In this document: piece after piece, positions 26,382-36,935 of the stretch
Layout of the letters: each line of letters begins with the position of its first letter
How positions within the stretch are numbered: the stretch's first letter is position 1
The notes under the pieces: generated by a model
Database searches by the model: none
What the model was told of the DNA's origin: nothing
The model's input: the letters and a program-made list of their open reading frames with translations, nothing else
Assembly: GCA_965198065.1 (NCBI GenBank)
Contig: CBDAON010000004.1
Coordinates: 1,824,001 to 1,888,000, forward strand
Direction of reading: 5' to 3'
Source: Longimicrobiales bacterium
Lineage (GTDB): Bacteria; Gemmatimonadota; Gemmatimonadetes; Longimicrobiales; Gaopeijiaceae
Length of the DNA stretch: 64,000 bases
Position numbers and translations under genes: made by a program

Positions 26382-26534
26382 CTACGGGGCCGCGCCGGTC
26401 TTCACGCGCGTCCAGAGTAAGTCGAACTTCCGCTGATACGGCCCGACGTCCCGGATAAACTCCAGAGGGGACAGGATGTCTTTCGAGGCCATGCGCTCGT
26501 GCTCCTCGCGCAGGTCCTCGCCGAGAAGCTCCAC
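26382..26534 (-). pseudogene. Orphan C-terminal fragment resembling PotD/PotF-type ABC solute-binding proteins
   Basis: VELLGEDLREEHERMASKDILSPLEFIRDVGPYQRKFDLLWTRVKTGAAP*. The C-terminal helix is typical of polyamine-binding proteins, and there is an in-frame stop at 26559. Confidence 0.4.
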
Positions 26535-26765
26535 ACGAGGCCAGGTTGTCGGTCCAGATCACTGATCGCCGTCGGAACGCCCATCGACGGCAGATACCGG
26601 AGCCGGGCTTCCAGCGTCAAGCAGAGCGTCGCTGTTGCGCGACGCGTCGGAGCACCCTCATATCGAGGGAAACACGCCGGCGCCCTGGGAGGGGCACCGA
26701 CCGAGCGTGATGCGCGAATCCCTACACATCAAGACTGGATACATCAAGAAAAGGAGCCGGTAGTC

Positions 26766-28172
26766 ATGCGAACGATCCGGTTGCTCGTTCTGGCCCTGAG
26801 CGTGGCAGGTCCTGCATGCGCCCAGACGAACGATCCGTTCCCAGCCCCCATCGCCGCCGGGCAGAGCCCGACCGTGCTCCGCCTCACGGAGTTCGCGACG
26901 ATCCCGGATTTCAACGGTGCGCCGCCGCGGATGATGCACATGCTCACGGAGCCGGGAACCCGCCGCCTCTTCGTGAGCGACATGAACGGCGTGATCTACA
27001 ACGTCAGCTACGATGCCCGTACGGTCAGGCCGTACCTGGACCTGACCGACGCGCGTTGGGGGATCAGCATGGAGGCCGGGGGCGGCGAGCGGGGTGTGCA
27101 GAGCTTCGCCTTCCATCCGCAGTTCGGTCAGACGGGGAGCCCGGGGTTCGGGAAGCTCTACACGTGGATGGATATGCAGAGCACTTCTACCCAGGCCGAT
27201 TTCGGCCACCCCGGGGAGAACGTGAGCCACCACACGGTCCTCTTCGAGTGGACGGCACAGACGCCGGGCGCCGCCACGTACGACGGCGCGGGGCCGCGGG
27301 CGCTCATGCGGTTCGCCCAGCCTTACGGCAACCACAACGGGGGGATGATCGGATTCAATCCGCTCCCGGCGGCCGGGACGGCCGACTACGGGCTCCTCTA
27401 CATCGGGGTCGGAGACGGGGGAAGCGGGGGCGATCCACAGAACGTGGGGCAGAACCTCGCCGTCGGCTTCGCTAAGATCCTCCGCATCGATCCGCTGGGG
27501 ACGAACAGCCAGAACGGGCAGTACGGGATCCCGGCGGGCAACCCCTTCGCGGGGGACAACAACCCCAACACCCTGGAGGAGATCTACGCCTACGGGGTGC
27601 GGAACCCTCAGCGGTTCGCGTGGGATCCCCAGACCGGCACGATGCTCATGGCCGACATCGGGCAGAACGTGGTCGAGACGCTGAACCCCGTTCCTCGGGG
27701 CGGAAACCTCGGGTGGAACCTCTGGGAGGGAAGCTTCCGCTTCGTGAATCGCGAGGTTCTTACGGACGGTCGCCGGGGTGACCCGAACGTCGTTTACCCA
27801 ATCGCGGAGTACGACCAGGTCGACCCGACCATCGACGGCTCCTCGGCGGCAACCGGCGTGCACATCTTCCGTGGAAACGAGATCCCGGAGCTCCAGAATA
27901 CGGTGCTCTGGGGCGACCTCCCCACGGGGCAGCTCTTCTACGTTTCCGCCAACCCGTTCCCGAACGGAGGCCAGAATCCGATCCGGCGGATCCTCTTCGA
28001 CGATGGCGGGCAAACGAAGACATTTCTCCAGCTGATCCAGGAGAAGAACGTCGAGCAAGGCCGCGAGCCCGCCTCGCGGGCGGACATGCGGTTCGGCGCC
28101 GGCCCGGACAACCAGCTGTACCTGATCAACAAGCGAGACGGGGTGATCCGCCAGCTCGTCTCCGGGATGTAG
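26766..28172 (+). CDS. PQQ-dependent sugar dehydrogenase (glucose/sorbosone dehydrogenase family), exported
   Basis: Signal peptide, ERGVQSFAFHPQF, NHNGG, LYIGVGDGG, KILRIDP, YGIPAGNPF and YGVRNP. Confidence 0.85.
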   Translation: MRTIRLLVLALSVAGPACAQTNDPFPAPIAAGQSPTVLRLTEFATIPDFNGAPPRMMHMLTEPGTRRLFVSDMNGVIYNVSYDARTVRPYLDLTDARWGISMEAGGGERGVQSFAFHPQFGQTGSPGFGKLYTWMDMQSTSTQADFGHPGENVSHHTVLFEWTAQTPGAATYDGAGPRALMRFAQPYGNHNGGMIGFNPLPAAGTADYGLLYIGVGDGGSGGDPQNVGQNLAVGFAKILRIDPLGTNSQNGQYGIPAGNPFAGDNNPNTLEEIYAYGVRNPQRFAWDPQTGTMLMADIGQNVVETLNPVPRGGNLGWNLWEGSFRFVNREVLTDGRRGDPNVVYPIAEYDQVDPTIDGSSAATGVHIFRGNEIPELQNTVLWGDLPTGQLFYVSANPFPNGGQNPIRRILFDDGGQTKTFLQLIQEKNVEQGREPASRADMRFGAGPDNQLYLINKRDGVIRQLVSGM

Positions 28173-28191
28173 CACGGCGATCGCGAAGGCG

Positions 28192-29721
28192 GTGGCCGCC
28201 ACCCGGAGCACGACCCAGAGGGTCGGCCTCTTCCTCGGGCCGACCCTCTTCTTCGCCGGTCTGCTCGTTCCCGTGGACCCCGCGAATCCAGCTGCGGGGC
28301 GAATGCTCGCGGTCGCCCTCCTCATGGCGACCTGGTGGATCACGGACGCCATTCCCCTGGCAGCCACCGCGCTCCTTCCGCTCATCCTCTTTCCCGTCCT
28401 CGGGATCGAGAGCACCTCGGCCACGGCGCCCATCTACTTCAACAGCACGATCGTCCTCTTCCTCGGCGGGTTCGTCATCGCTCTCACCATGGAGCGGTGG
28501 GACCTGCACCGGCGGATCGCGCTCGGCATCATTCGGATGATCGGCGGAGGAGCTGCCCGGATCGTCCTCGGCTTCATGGCCGCGGCGGCGTTTCTCTCCA
28601 TGTGGATCTCGAACACGGCCACGGCCGTGATGATGGTACCGATCGGGCTCGCGATCATCCTGGAGATGGAGGACACGTTCGGAACCGAGGCCACGCGCCC
28701 GTTCTCGACGGGGGTCATGCTCGGGATCGCCTATGCGTCCTCGGTGGGTGGGATGGCTACCCTGGTGGGCACGCCGCCGAACCTGTCCCTGGTCAGGATC
28801 TTCCAGATCACGTTCCCCGAGGCGCCGCCCATTTCCTTCGGGCAGTGGATCATCGTGGCCTTACCGATCTCACTCGCGCTCCTCGCGACGGCGTGGGCGT
28901 TGATCACTCACGTCTTCTTCCGGGTGCCAGCTCACGTGAAGCCCGACCCGGATCTCGTGCGGGACCAGGCCCGTGCGCTCGGGCCCATGTCGTGGGAGGA
29001 GAAGTGGGTGCTCGGGGTCTTCGCGGCCACCGCGGTGCTCTGGGTCTTCCGGGTGCCGGTCGAGGTGGGCCCGTTTACCGTGCCGGGCTGGTCCGAGCTC
29101 GTTCCCTTCGCGGCCTCGATCGACGACGGGACGGTGGCCATCACGATGGCGTCCCTCCTCTTCCTCATCCCGACCCGGAGCCCCGGCGCCGACTCCCCGA
29201 CTCTGGCGGGGCCCAATCTGATCCCGCGGCTCCCGTGGAGCATCGTGCTGCTCTTCGGGGGCGGCTTCGCGCTGGCGTACGGGTTTCAGGCCACGGGGCT
29301 CTCGGCGGTGATCGGCAATCAGTTCGCCGGACTCGCGGGCGTGCCGCCGTTCGTGCTCGTCCTGGTGGCCTGCGCCTCTCTCACGTTTCTGACCGAGCTG
29401 ACCTCGAATACCGCCACGACGGAGATGATCCTTCCGATCCTCGCGGCCGTGGCCGTGGCCACCGGGGTCCACCCACTCGTCCTCATGATCCCTGCCACGC
29501 TGTCGGCTTCCTGCGCGTTCATGATGCCTGTGGCAACCCCACCGAACGCGATCGTGTTCGGGAGCGATCGCGTATCGATCCCGGAGATGGCCCGAATCGG
29601 GATCGTGCTGAACCTGATCGGGGTCGCGGCGATTGCCGTGGTCTTCTACTTCTTCGGCACGGCGATCTTCGGGATCGAGCCCGGAGTCACGCCCGAGTGG
29701 GCCCGGCTGGCGGCTCCCTGA
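28192..29721 (+). CDS. SLC13/DASS family sodium:dicarboxylate/sulfate symporter
   Basis: SMWISNTAT and TELTSNTAT (SNT motifs), GTPPN, PVATPPNA and many TM helices. Confidence 0.92.
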   Translation: MAATRSTTQRVGLFLGPTLFFAGLLVPVDPANPAAGRMLAVALLMATWWITDAIPLAATALLPLILFPVLGIESTSATAPIYFNSTIVLFLGGFVIALTMERWDLHRRIALGIIRMIGGGAARIVLGFMAAAAFLSMWISNTATAVMMVPIGLAIILEMEDTFGTEATRPFSTGVMLGIAYASSVGGMATLVGTPPNLSLVRIFQITFPEAPPISFGQWIIVALPISLALLATAWALITHVFFRVPAHVKPDPDLVRDQARALGPMSWEEKWVLGVFAATAVLWVFRVPVEVGPFTVPGWSELVPFAASIDDGTVAITMASLLFLIPTRSPGADSPTLAGPNLIPRLPWSIVLLFGGGFALAYGFQATGLSAVIGNQFAGLAGVPPFVLVLVACASLTFLTELTSNTATTEMILPILAAVAVATGVHPLVLMIPATLSASCAFMMPVATPPNAIVFGSDRVSIPEMARIGIVLNLIGVAAIAVVFYFFGTAIFGIEPGVTPEWARLAAP

Positions 29722-29830
29722 CGCCTCACGCCGCTCCGGGCCGCTTCCTCCCGGGGCGCCACGAGCACGCCGGCCCGGCTCGGTCCTTCTTCGGCGGGGC
29801 CGCCGAGTCGTTTTCGGTCGAGGACTTCCG

Positions 29831-30955
29831 CTAGCCGCGCTCGCCGATAGGAACGTACGGCCGGTTCTCGGGCCCGATGTAGTCAGCGGTCGGACGGATG
29901 AGGCGGTTGTCCGCGCGTTGCTCGACGATGTGCGAGGCCCACCCCGAGATTCGGGAGCAGACGAAGATCGGCGTGAAGAGGGGCGTCGGGACCCCGAGGA
30001 AGTGGAACGCCGAGGCGCTGTAGAAGTCCAGGTTCGGGAAGAGCTTCTTTTCCTCGTGCATCACGTTGTCGATCGCAACCGACACCGGGTACAGGCGCTC
30101 GTCGCCCGCTTCATTGGAGAGCTTCTCGGCCCACGACTTGATGACCGTGTTCCGCGGATCCTTGACGCGATACACGGCATGCCCGAAGCCCATGATCTTC
30201 TCCTTCCGCTCGAGCATCTTCCCAACCTCGGCGGCCGCCTCGTCGGCCGACGCGAAGCGGTCGATCAGCTCCATCGCCGCCTCGTTCGCGCCTCCGTGCA
30301 GGGGGCCGCGAAGGGTTCCGATTGCGCCCGTGACCGCCGAATAAAAGTCCGAGAGGGTGGCCGCGCACACACGCGCCGTGAACGTCGAGGCGTTGAGCTC
30401 GTGCTCGGCGTACAGGATCAGCGCGGCGTCGAGGGCACGTGCGTGGAGGGTCGAGGGAGACTCTCCGTGGAGGAGGTGGAGGAAGTGCGCGGCGAGGTTG
30501 GGCTCGTCGGTGATGGTCTCGATCCGCTCGCTCTTCGTCGCGAACCGGTGCCAGTAGAGCAGGATCCCGGGGAACACGGCGATCAGTCGGTTCGCCACCT
30601 CCAGCTGCCGCGAGAAGTCCCCTTCGGGCTCGATCGTGCCGAGCATCGAGCAGCCGGTCCGGAGAACGTCCATGGGGTGCGCCCCTGCCGGAATTCGCTC
30701 GAGCACCTCCCGGAGCGCCGCGGGAACCTCGCGCAGGACCGCTAGCTCCCTTCCGTAGGCGTCGAGCTCCGCCGCCTTCGGCAGCTCGCCCCGAAGCAGG
30801 AGGTACGCCACTTCCTCAAATGTCGAGTGCTCGGCCAGCTCCGCGATGTCGTAGCCGCGGTACGTCAGCCCGAATCCCTCCTTCCCGACCGTCGCGATGG
30901 CCGTCTGACCGGCCGAGACGCCCCGGAGGCCACGCGTGTCCTTTTCTGCGCTCAC
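29831..30955 (-). CDS. prpC: 2-methylcitrate synthase
   Basis: [39 protein letters not shown] and FPNLDFY; adjacent to prpB and prpD. Confidence 0.93.
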   Translation of the reverse strand: MSAEKDTRGLRGVSAGQTAIATVGKEGFGLTYRGYDIAELAEHSTFEEVAYLLLRGELPKAAELDAYGRELAVLREVPAALREVLERIPAGAHPMDVLRTGCSMLGTIEPEGDFSRQLEVANRLIAVFPGILLYWHRFATKSERIETITDEPNLAAHFLHLLHGESPSTLHARALDAALILYAEHELNASTFTARVCAATLSDFYSAVTGAIGTLRGPLHGGANEAAMELIDRFASADEAAAEVGKMLERKEKIMGFGHAVYRVKDPRNTVIKSWAEKLSNEAGDERLYPVSVAIDNVMHEEKKLFPNLDFYSASAFHFLGVPTPLFTPIFVCSRISGWASHIVEQRADNRLIRPTADYIGPENRPYVPIGERG

Positions 30956-31875
30956 TCTTTTCCCTCCCCCATGGCTCGTTGTGCCCTGTCGTCCGCTCCA
31001 CCGTCACCTCTCGAAAACAGCTCGTCGAGCTTGCGCTCGTACGCGTAATAATCCAGCACCTCGTAGAGCTCCTCGCGGGTCTGCATGGCCGAGAGCATCG
31101 ACGCCTGCGTGCCGCGCTCCTGAATGGCTCGGTAGACGGACTCGGCGGCCCGGCTCATCGCGCGAAACGCCGAAAGCGGATAGAGCGCCATCGCCACCCC
31201 GGCGGTCCTCAATTCGTCGAGCGTGAGGCTCGGAGTGACCCCGAACTCCGTCAGGTTCGCCAGCACGGGCACGCGAACCGCGGCCGCGAACGAACGGAAG
31301 TCGTCCAGGGTACAGAGCGCCTCCGGAAAGATCATGTCGGCGCCCGCCTCCACGTACGCCGCCGCGCGGTCGATCGACGCTTCCAGGCCGTCGCTCTCGA
31401 ACGCGTCGGTCCTCGCCATGATGACGAACGCGTCGTCGTCCCGTGCGTCCACGGCCGCCTTGATCCGGTCGCACATCTCTTCGACGCCCACGTTTACCTT
31501 GTTCGGACGGTGACCGCAGCGCTTGGCCTGCTCCTGATCCTCGATGTGGAGGGCCGCCGCGCCGCTCCGGATCAGCTCGCGGGTGGCCCGGGCGATGTTG
31601 AACGCGGTCCCGAAGCCCGTGTCGACGTCCACAAGGAGCGGCAGAGCGGTCGCCGCGGTAATGCGGCGTACGTCGGTCAGCACGTCGTCGAGCGTCGTGA
31701 TCGCGAGATCGGGGACGCCGACAGAGGCGTTCGCGACGCCCGCCCCCGACAGATAGAGCGCCTCGAATCCAGCGCGCTCGGCCAGGAGGGCAGAGTACGC
31801 GTTGATTGCCCCGGGAATCTGGAGGGGCGGATCACGCCCAACGGCGTCCCGGAATCGGCGGCCCGGCGTGCTCAC
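30952..31875 (-). CDS. prpB: 2-methylisocitrate lyase
   Basis: [39 protein letters not shown] and YPLSAFRAM. Confidence 0.95.
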   Translation of the reverse strand: MSTPGRRFRDAVGRDPPLQIPGAINAYSALLAERAGFEALYLSGAGVANASVGVPDLAITTLDDVLTDVRRITAATALPLLVDVDTGFGTAFNIARATRELIRSGAAALHIEDQEQAKRCGHRPNKVNVGVEEMCDRIKAAVDARDDDAFVIMARTDAFESDGLEASIDRAAAYVEAGADMIFPEALCTLDDFRSFAAAVRVPVLANLTEFGVTPSLTLDELRTAGVAMALYPLSAFRAMSRAAESVYRAIQERGTQASMLSAMQTREELYEVLDYYAYERKLDELFSRGDGGADDRAQRAMGEGKE

Positions 31876-33332
31876 GTGCCCTCGTCCGCCACCCAGAGGT
31901 CCACGAACTCGTCCACCGGCGTCTCCTCCAGCCGCGCCTGGTCCCCGCACGCTTCTACGATCCGACCGGCCTGCTCCGGTCCGAGCCGGGTGGCCAGGGC
32001 CCGCTCGAACTTCTCGACGAGGAGAGGAATGCCCTCCTCCCTCCGGCGGCGGTGGCCGATCGGGTACTCCGCCACCACCCGCTCCGTCGCCGACCCGTCA
32101 GTGAAGAACACCTGGAGGGCGTTTCCGATCGCCCGCTTCTCCGGGTCCATGTAGTCCCGACTGAACTCGGGGTTCTCCCGCACGACGATCGCCTGGCGAA
32201 GACGGTCGATGCGCGGATCCGCCGCGACCCCGTCCTCGTAGTCGTCTGCGGTCAGCCTCCCGAAGATGAGGGGCACTGCCACCATGTACTGGAGGCAGTG
32301 GTCCCGGTCGGCGGGGTTCGCGAGCGGGCCGGACTTGTCGATGATCCGGACCCCCGCTTCCTGGGTGTCGATCTCGATCCGCTCGATCTCGTCCAGGCGG
32401 TCCCGGACCTTTGGATGGAGTGCGAGGGCCGCTTCCACCGCGGTTTGGGCATGAAACTCGGCCGGAAACGAGATCTTGAACAGGACGTTCTCCATGATGT
32501 AGGAGCCGAGCGGGCGCCCGAGCCGGATCGGCTTCCCCCTGAAGAGGACCTGCTCGAATCCCCAGCCAGGCGCGGTAAGCGCGGACGGATATCCCATCTC
32601 GCCCGTCATAGCGATCAGGGCGAGCCGAACCCCGCGGCTCGTGGCGTCCCCTGCGGCCCAGCTCTTCCTCGAGCCCGTGTTGGGCGCGTGACGATACGTG
32701 CGGAGCGCGCCTCCGTCGATCCACGCGTTCGAGGCCGCGTTCACGATCTGCTCGCGGGAGCCGCCGAGGAGGCGCGCCGCGACCGCGGTCGTGGCAATCC
32801 GGACGAGGAGCACGTGATCCAGGCCCACCGAGTTGAAGCTGTGGTTAAGGGCCAGCACGCCCTGGATCTCGTGCGCCTGGATCATGGCTGTGAGCACGTC
32901 GGCCATGTGGAGCGGCTCCTGGCCAGCTCGGCGGCGAGTGCGGCTCAGGTAATCCGAGACGGGGAGGATACCGCCCAGGTTGTCCGAGGGGTGCCCCCAC
33001 TCGGCCGCGAGCCACGTGTCGTTGAAGTCGAGCCAGCGGACCGCGGCACCCAGGTTGAACGCTGCTGTCACTGGATCCAGCTCCCAGCGCGTTCCCGGGA
33101 CCCGCGCCCCGCCCGGGAGGCTCGCCCCGGGGACGACCGGCCCGAGCAGCTTCGCGCACGCGGGATAGCCTAGAGCCAGGATCCCGCACCCGAGAGCGTC
33201 CATGAGACAGTAGCGCGCGATGCGGCGCGCTTCCGCACCCGTGGCCTCGAAGCCCGAGACGTAGTCCGCGATCTCGGTCAGCACGGCGTCCGGCGCCGGC
33301 CGCTCCGTCTCGCGAATCCCGATGCGCGTCAT
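31872..33332 (-). CDS. prpD: 2-methylcitrate dehydratase
   Basis: [56 protein letters not shown] and DRDHCLQY. Confidence 0.96.
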   Translation of the reverse strand: MTRIGIRETERPAPDAVLTEIADYVSGFEATGAEARRIARYCLMDALGCGILALGYPACAKLLGPVVPGASLPGGARVPGTRWELDPVTAAFNLGAAVRWLDFNDTWLAAEWGHPSDNLGGILPVSDYLSRTRRRAGQEPLHMADVLTAMIQAHEIQGVLALNHSFNSVGLDHVLLVRIATTAVAARLLGGSREQIVNAASNAWIDGGALRTYRHAPNTGSRKSWAAGDATSRGVRLALIAMTGEMGYPSALTAPGWGFEQVLFRGKPIRLGRPLGSYIMENVLFKISFPAEFHAQTAVEAALALHPKVRDRLDEIERIEIDTQEAGVRIIDKSGPLANPADRDHCLQYMVAVPLIFGRLTADDYEDGVAADPRIDRLRQAIVVRENPEFSRDYMDPEKRAIGNALQVFFTDGSATERVVAEYPIGHRRRREEGIPLLVEKFERALATRLGPEQAGRIVEACGDQARLEETPVDEFVDLWVADEGT

Positions 33333-33360
33333 TCCGCCTCGCAAGTCCCGATGCGCGTCA
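33309..33360. repeat. Near-perfect 23-bp direct repeat (29-bp period) duplicating the prpD start region
   Basis: ctcgcgaatcccgatgcgcgtca and ctcgcaagtcccgatgcgcgtca. Confidence 0.75.
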
Positions 33361-33508
33361 CCCCTTCGCTAGAGCGGAGGCCGCCAGCGGGGAGCGGCCG
33401 GCTTTGGCCGCCCACAAGATCACCCGACGTCCCCGCTCTGGCGAGGGGGCCCGGTTCCGGGAGGCCTGGCCCGTTGCCACTGGCGCGATCCTGAACATAG
33501 GTTGGGGG

Positions 33509-34333
33509 ATGCGCCGCCTGTCCCTCCTCGTCATTCTGGCGATCACGGCCCTCCTCTCGCTCTCGCCGCCGGCCGAAGCGCAGCGTTTTTGGAGCCGTCG
33601 GTCCAATGCGCGTGTGAGGCCTGGCGACGGGCTTCCGGACATCCCGGGCGGCTTTACCTTCTGCCGTCTCGTGTACTCGTCCGTTCGGAGGGACGGCTCG
33701 GGACGCGGTTGGGACACCGATTTCCCGAACGCGGACCGGAACCTCCCCACGCGGTTGGGCCAGCTGACCCCGACGCCGGTCTCCAGATGGACCCACGGAG
33801 AGCCCGGCTACGCGGCCGTTCATATCACGGATCCTGAGGCGCTACAGTGCCCCTTCCTGTACACGACGGATGTGGGGGAGCTCGGGTTCTATCCCGAAGA
33901 GGTCGCCGCCATGCGTGACTACCTCTTGAAGGGCGGCCTTCTTTGGGTGGACGATTACTGGGGGTCCGCAGCCTGGGATCAGTTTGCGAGAGAGATTCAA
34001 CGAGCCGTCCCGGAGTATCTGATCGAGGAGCTCCCGTTGGATCACCCGCTCTTCAGCATCGTCTACGAGGTGCCGGAGCTTCCGCAGGTACCCTCGATCC
34101 AGCACTGGCGGAGTAGCGGGGGTGAGACGTCCGAGCTCGGTTTCGACAGCGCCACGCCGCACATCCGTGCAATCATGGACGACAGGGACCGCATCCTCGT
34201 CCTCATGACGCACAACACGGACATCGGGGACGGTTGGGAGCGGGAGGCCGAGGACCCCAGGTTCTTCTACCTCTTCTCACCCGACTCCTACGCGGTCGGG
34301 ATCAACATCGTGGTCTGGTTGATGACCCACTGA
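33509..34333 (+). CDS. DUF4159 family exported protein (copy 1)
   Basis: Signal peptide, FTFCRLVY, GWDTDFP.AD.N, YLLKGG..WVDDYWG, HPLF, HNTDIGDGWE and GINIV..MTH. Confidence 0.8.
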   Translation: MRRLSLLVILAITALLSLSPPAEAQRFWSRRSNARVRPGDGLPDIPGGFTFCRLVYSSVRRDGSGRGWDTDFPNADRNLPTRLGQLTPTPVSRWTHGEPGYAAVHITDPEALQCPFLYTTDVGELGFYPEEVAAMRDYLLKGGLLWVDDYWGSAAWDQFAREIQRAVPEYLIEELPLDHPLFSIVYEVPELPQVPSIQHWRSSGGETSELGFDSATPHIRAIMDDRDRILVLMTHNTDIGDGWEREAEDPRFFYLFSPDSYAVGINIVVWLMTH

Positions 34334-34424
34334 CCAGGCCGGCGCCCGGCCGGCCAGGACCTCACGTCGGCCACGACCCTCACCTAGCCAGGACCTAACC
34401 TCGGCCATTCCGGAGACAGAAGCG

Positions 34425-35225
34425 ATGAAGCGTCTCGTGGTCCCGGTTCTCGCCTTCTCCCTCGCCGTTCCAGTCCGCGCCCAGCTGGCTCCGCCGAACG
34501 CGGAGGGGCTCACCTACGGGGCCGTGCACCTGAACGTGAGCGACGTCGCTCTCCATCAGAGGCTCTGGGTGGAGCACTTCGGCGGGGAGGTCGTCCAGCG
34601 AGGCTCGCTCGTTGCGATCAAGTACCCGGGGATGCTCCTCGTCCTCTCGAACCGGGCCCCCACTGGCGGGTCGCAGGGCTCGGTCATGGATCACTTCGGC
34701 TTCAAGGTGCGTGACATCGAGCCCGTGCTCGAAAGATGGCGTGCCGCGGGACTCACGGTCCAGAGCGAGTTCGACGGTGCCGAGGGATTCCAGAACGCCT
34801 ATCTGCTCGCCCCGGACGGAGTGCGAGTCGAGCTCCAGGAGGACCCCGAGATGACCGTGGACGTGATCGGCTACCACGTCCACTTCATCACGCCGGATTA
34901 CGAGTCGCTGCTCGACTGGTACATCGCGACGTTCGGGGTGGAGCGCTTCCAGCGGGGGACAATCGCGACCACCGCGAACGCCCCCGGGATGAACCTGAGC
35001 TTCGGAAACTCGGGCACGCCGCGCGAGCCGACACGGGGCAGGGCGATCGATCACATCGGGTTCGAGGTCGCCGACCTCGACACCTTCGCGCGCCAGCTCG
35101 AGGCCAAGGGGATCACACTCGACAGCGCGCCCAGGGAGGTTACGACCCTGGGGCTCAAGATCGCTTTCCTGACGGACCCATCGGGCGTTTACATCGAGCT
35201 GACGGAAGGCTTCGACGGGTGGTGA
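34425..35225 (+). CDS. Exported two-domain VOC (glyoxalase-like) protein
   Basis: Signal peptide, VHLNV, DHFGFKV, PDGVRVEL, YHVHF, DHIGFEV and DPSGVYIEL. Confidence 0.82.
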   Translation: MKRLVVPVLAFSLAVPVRAQLAPPNAEGLTYGAVHLNVSDVALHQRLWVEHFGGEVVQRGSLVAIKYPGMLLVLSNRAPTGGSQGSVMDHFGFKVRDIEPVLERWRAAGLTVQSEFDGAEGFQNAYLLAPDGVRVELQEDPEMTVDVIGYHVHFITPDYESLLDWYIATFGVERFQRGTIATTANAPGMNLSFGNSGTPREPTRGRAIDHIGFEVADLDTFARQLEAKGITLDSAPREVTTLGLKIAFLTDPSGVYIELTEGFDGW

Positions 35226-35397
35226 CGGCCCGCCGATCATGCGATCGCTTTGATGGCAGGGTCCCGGGAGGGTGAGAACGGCTCCGCGTACGCGAGTCAC
35301 GGGCATTGATGGTGGACTCGGAGTCGGGCCGGCCCCGGTCGGTCCGGCTCCCGTCGCCACAGTTGCCACGCATGGACCACGGCCCCTAGCTTCGGGA

Positions 35398-36213
35398 ATG
35401 CGTGTGCTCCTCGCCCTTCTCGGGGCCGTCTTCCTGGCCTCGATCTGGCCGCCGACACCCGTTCACGCGCAGCGATCGTTCGGCCGCACGAGGGTCCGCC
35501 TCGGCGACGGGCTTCCGGACCGACCGGGCGGGTTCACGTTCTGCCGGCTGGCCTACTTCTCGACGCGGAGGGACAGCTCGGGCGGCGGGTGGGACACGGA
35601 CTTCCCGAACGCCGACCGGAATCTCCCAACCCGGCTGGGTCAGCTGACGCCGACCCCGGTCTCGGAGTGGTCGCACGGAGAGCCCGGCTACGCCGTCGTC
35701 GACGCGACCGATCCGGACCTCTATCGTTGCGCGTTTATCATGGCCACCGACGTGGGGGAGCTGGGCCTCGACCCGCCGGAGGTGGACGCGCTAAGGGATT
35801 ACTTCCTTAAGGGTGGATTCCTCTGGGTAGACGACTTCTGGGGCTCGTCCGGGTGGGATCACTTCGCGAGGGAGATCGGGCAGGTCCTGCCCGAGTTCCC
35901 GATCGTAGACCTTCCGCTCGACCACCCGCTGTTCAGCATCGTTTACACGATCCCCGAGGTGCCCCAGATCCCCTCGATCGGGTCCTGGCGTCGGCTCGGG
36001 GGCGGCACGTCGGAGCTGGGCTACGACAGCCAGACTCCACACATGCGGGCCATCATGGATGACCAAGGGCGGATCCTCGTCCTGATCACGCACAACACCG
36101 ACATCTCGGACGGCTGGGAGCGCGAGGCCGAGGATCCTCAGTTCTTCTATCTGTTCTCCCCCGATGCCTACGCGATCGGCGTGAACGTCACCGTCTGGGT
36201 GATGACGCATTAG
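35398..36213 (+). CDS. DUF4159 family exported protein (copy 2)
   Basis: Paralogue of 33509-34333 sharing long identical stretches (GWDTDFPNADRNLPTRLGQLTPTPVS; DGWEREAEDP). Confidence 0.8.
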   Translation: MRVLLALLGAVFLASIWPPTPVHAQRSFGRTRVRLGDGLPDRPGGFTFCRLAYFSTRRDSSGGGWDTDFPNADRNLPTRLGQLTPTPVSEWSHGEPGYAVVDATDPDLYRCAFIMATDVGELGLDPPEVDALRDYFLKGGFLWVDDFWGSSGWDHFAREIGQVLPEFPIVDLPLDHPLFSIVYTIPEVPQIPSIGSWRRLGGGTSELGYDSQTPHMRAIMDDQGRILVLITHNTDISDGWEREAEDPQFFYLFSPDAYAIGVNVTVWVMTH

Positions 36214-36215
36214 GG

Positions 36216-36305
36216 CCGTTGCGCCCCGCGCGAACGGACTCGACTGATGATGCCCGCCCGGGTGGCGATGGCCCTCCCGTTGCGCCCCGCGCGAACGGAC
36301 TCGAC
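36216..36305. repeat. Two exact 29-bp hairpin-forming direct repeats separated by 32 bp
   Basis: ccgttgcgccccgcgcgaacggactcgac at 36216-36244 and 36277-36305. Confidence 0.9.
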
Positions 36306-36507
36306 CTCGACCCCAAGCGCCATCAGGCCCATCGTGAAGCTACCGTACGCGCTGATCCCCGAGCCCTTCTTCGTAATCGTGGTGCTTCGAGCTGCTCAGC
36401 GTAGCCTCCAGGAACGTGGGCCAGATGAGCGGGACCCACCGCCGGCACAGCTGCTCTCGACCGCCGGCTCGTTAGAGCGGGTGAACCCCCCGGCCGCCAT
36501 ACAGCCC

Positions 36508-36933
36508 TCAGGTCGGTGACGCCTCACGGTTCTCTCGGTACCACGCCCGCACGTACTCGACCGCTTCGCTCGTAGGCGTGCCGGGCCCAAAGAGACGGCC
36601 GATCCCCAGTCGGCCGAGCTCCGCAGCATCCTCGTCAGGAATGATGCCGCCGCCGGTGAGGAGCACGTCGCGCGCTCCCTCCGCCTCGAGGAGTTCCTTT
36701 ACCCGGGGGAAAAGGGTGAGGTGGGCCCCGGACAGGACCGAGAGGGCGACGACGTCCACGTCCTCCTCGACGGCGATGCGTGCGATCGCCTCGGGTCGCT
36801 GGTGAAGCCCCGTATAGATGACCTCGAAGCCGGCGTCCCGGAAGGCGCTGGCGATCACCTTCGCACCGCGGTCGTGACCATCGAGCCCGGGCTTCGCGAC
36901 CAGCACCCGGATTCGGCCTGTGCTCTCCGACAT
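36508..36933 (-). CDS. Acyl-CoA mutase small subunit (cobalamin-binding domain)
   Basis: [10 protein letters not shown] (DxHxxG), SVLSGAH, GGIIP and FGPGT. Confidence 0.93.
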   Translation of the reverse strand: MSESTGRIRVLVAKPGLDGHDRGAKVIASAFRDAGFEVIYTGLHQRPEAIARIAVEEDVDVVALSVLSGAHLTLFPRVKELLEAEGARDVLLTGGGIIPDEDAAELGRLGIGRLFGPGTPTSEAVEYVRAWYRENREASPT

Positions 36934-36935
36934 GA

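Noticed and set aside
34425..35225. VOC protein as the methylmalonyl-CoA epimerase of the nearby mutase
   Set aside because: It has a signal peptide and two VOC domains, whereas the epimerase is a ~135-aa cytoplasmic protein. It is also on the opposite strand.
36216..36305. Calling a bona fide CRISPR array
   Set aside because: Only two repeats, no third degenerate copy at plus or minus 61 bp, and no cas genes or leader. Kept only as a candidate finding.
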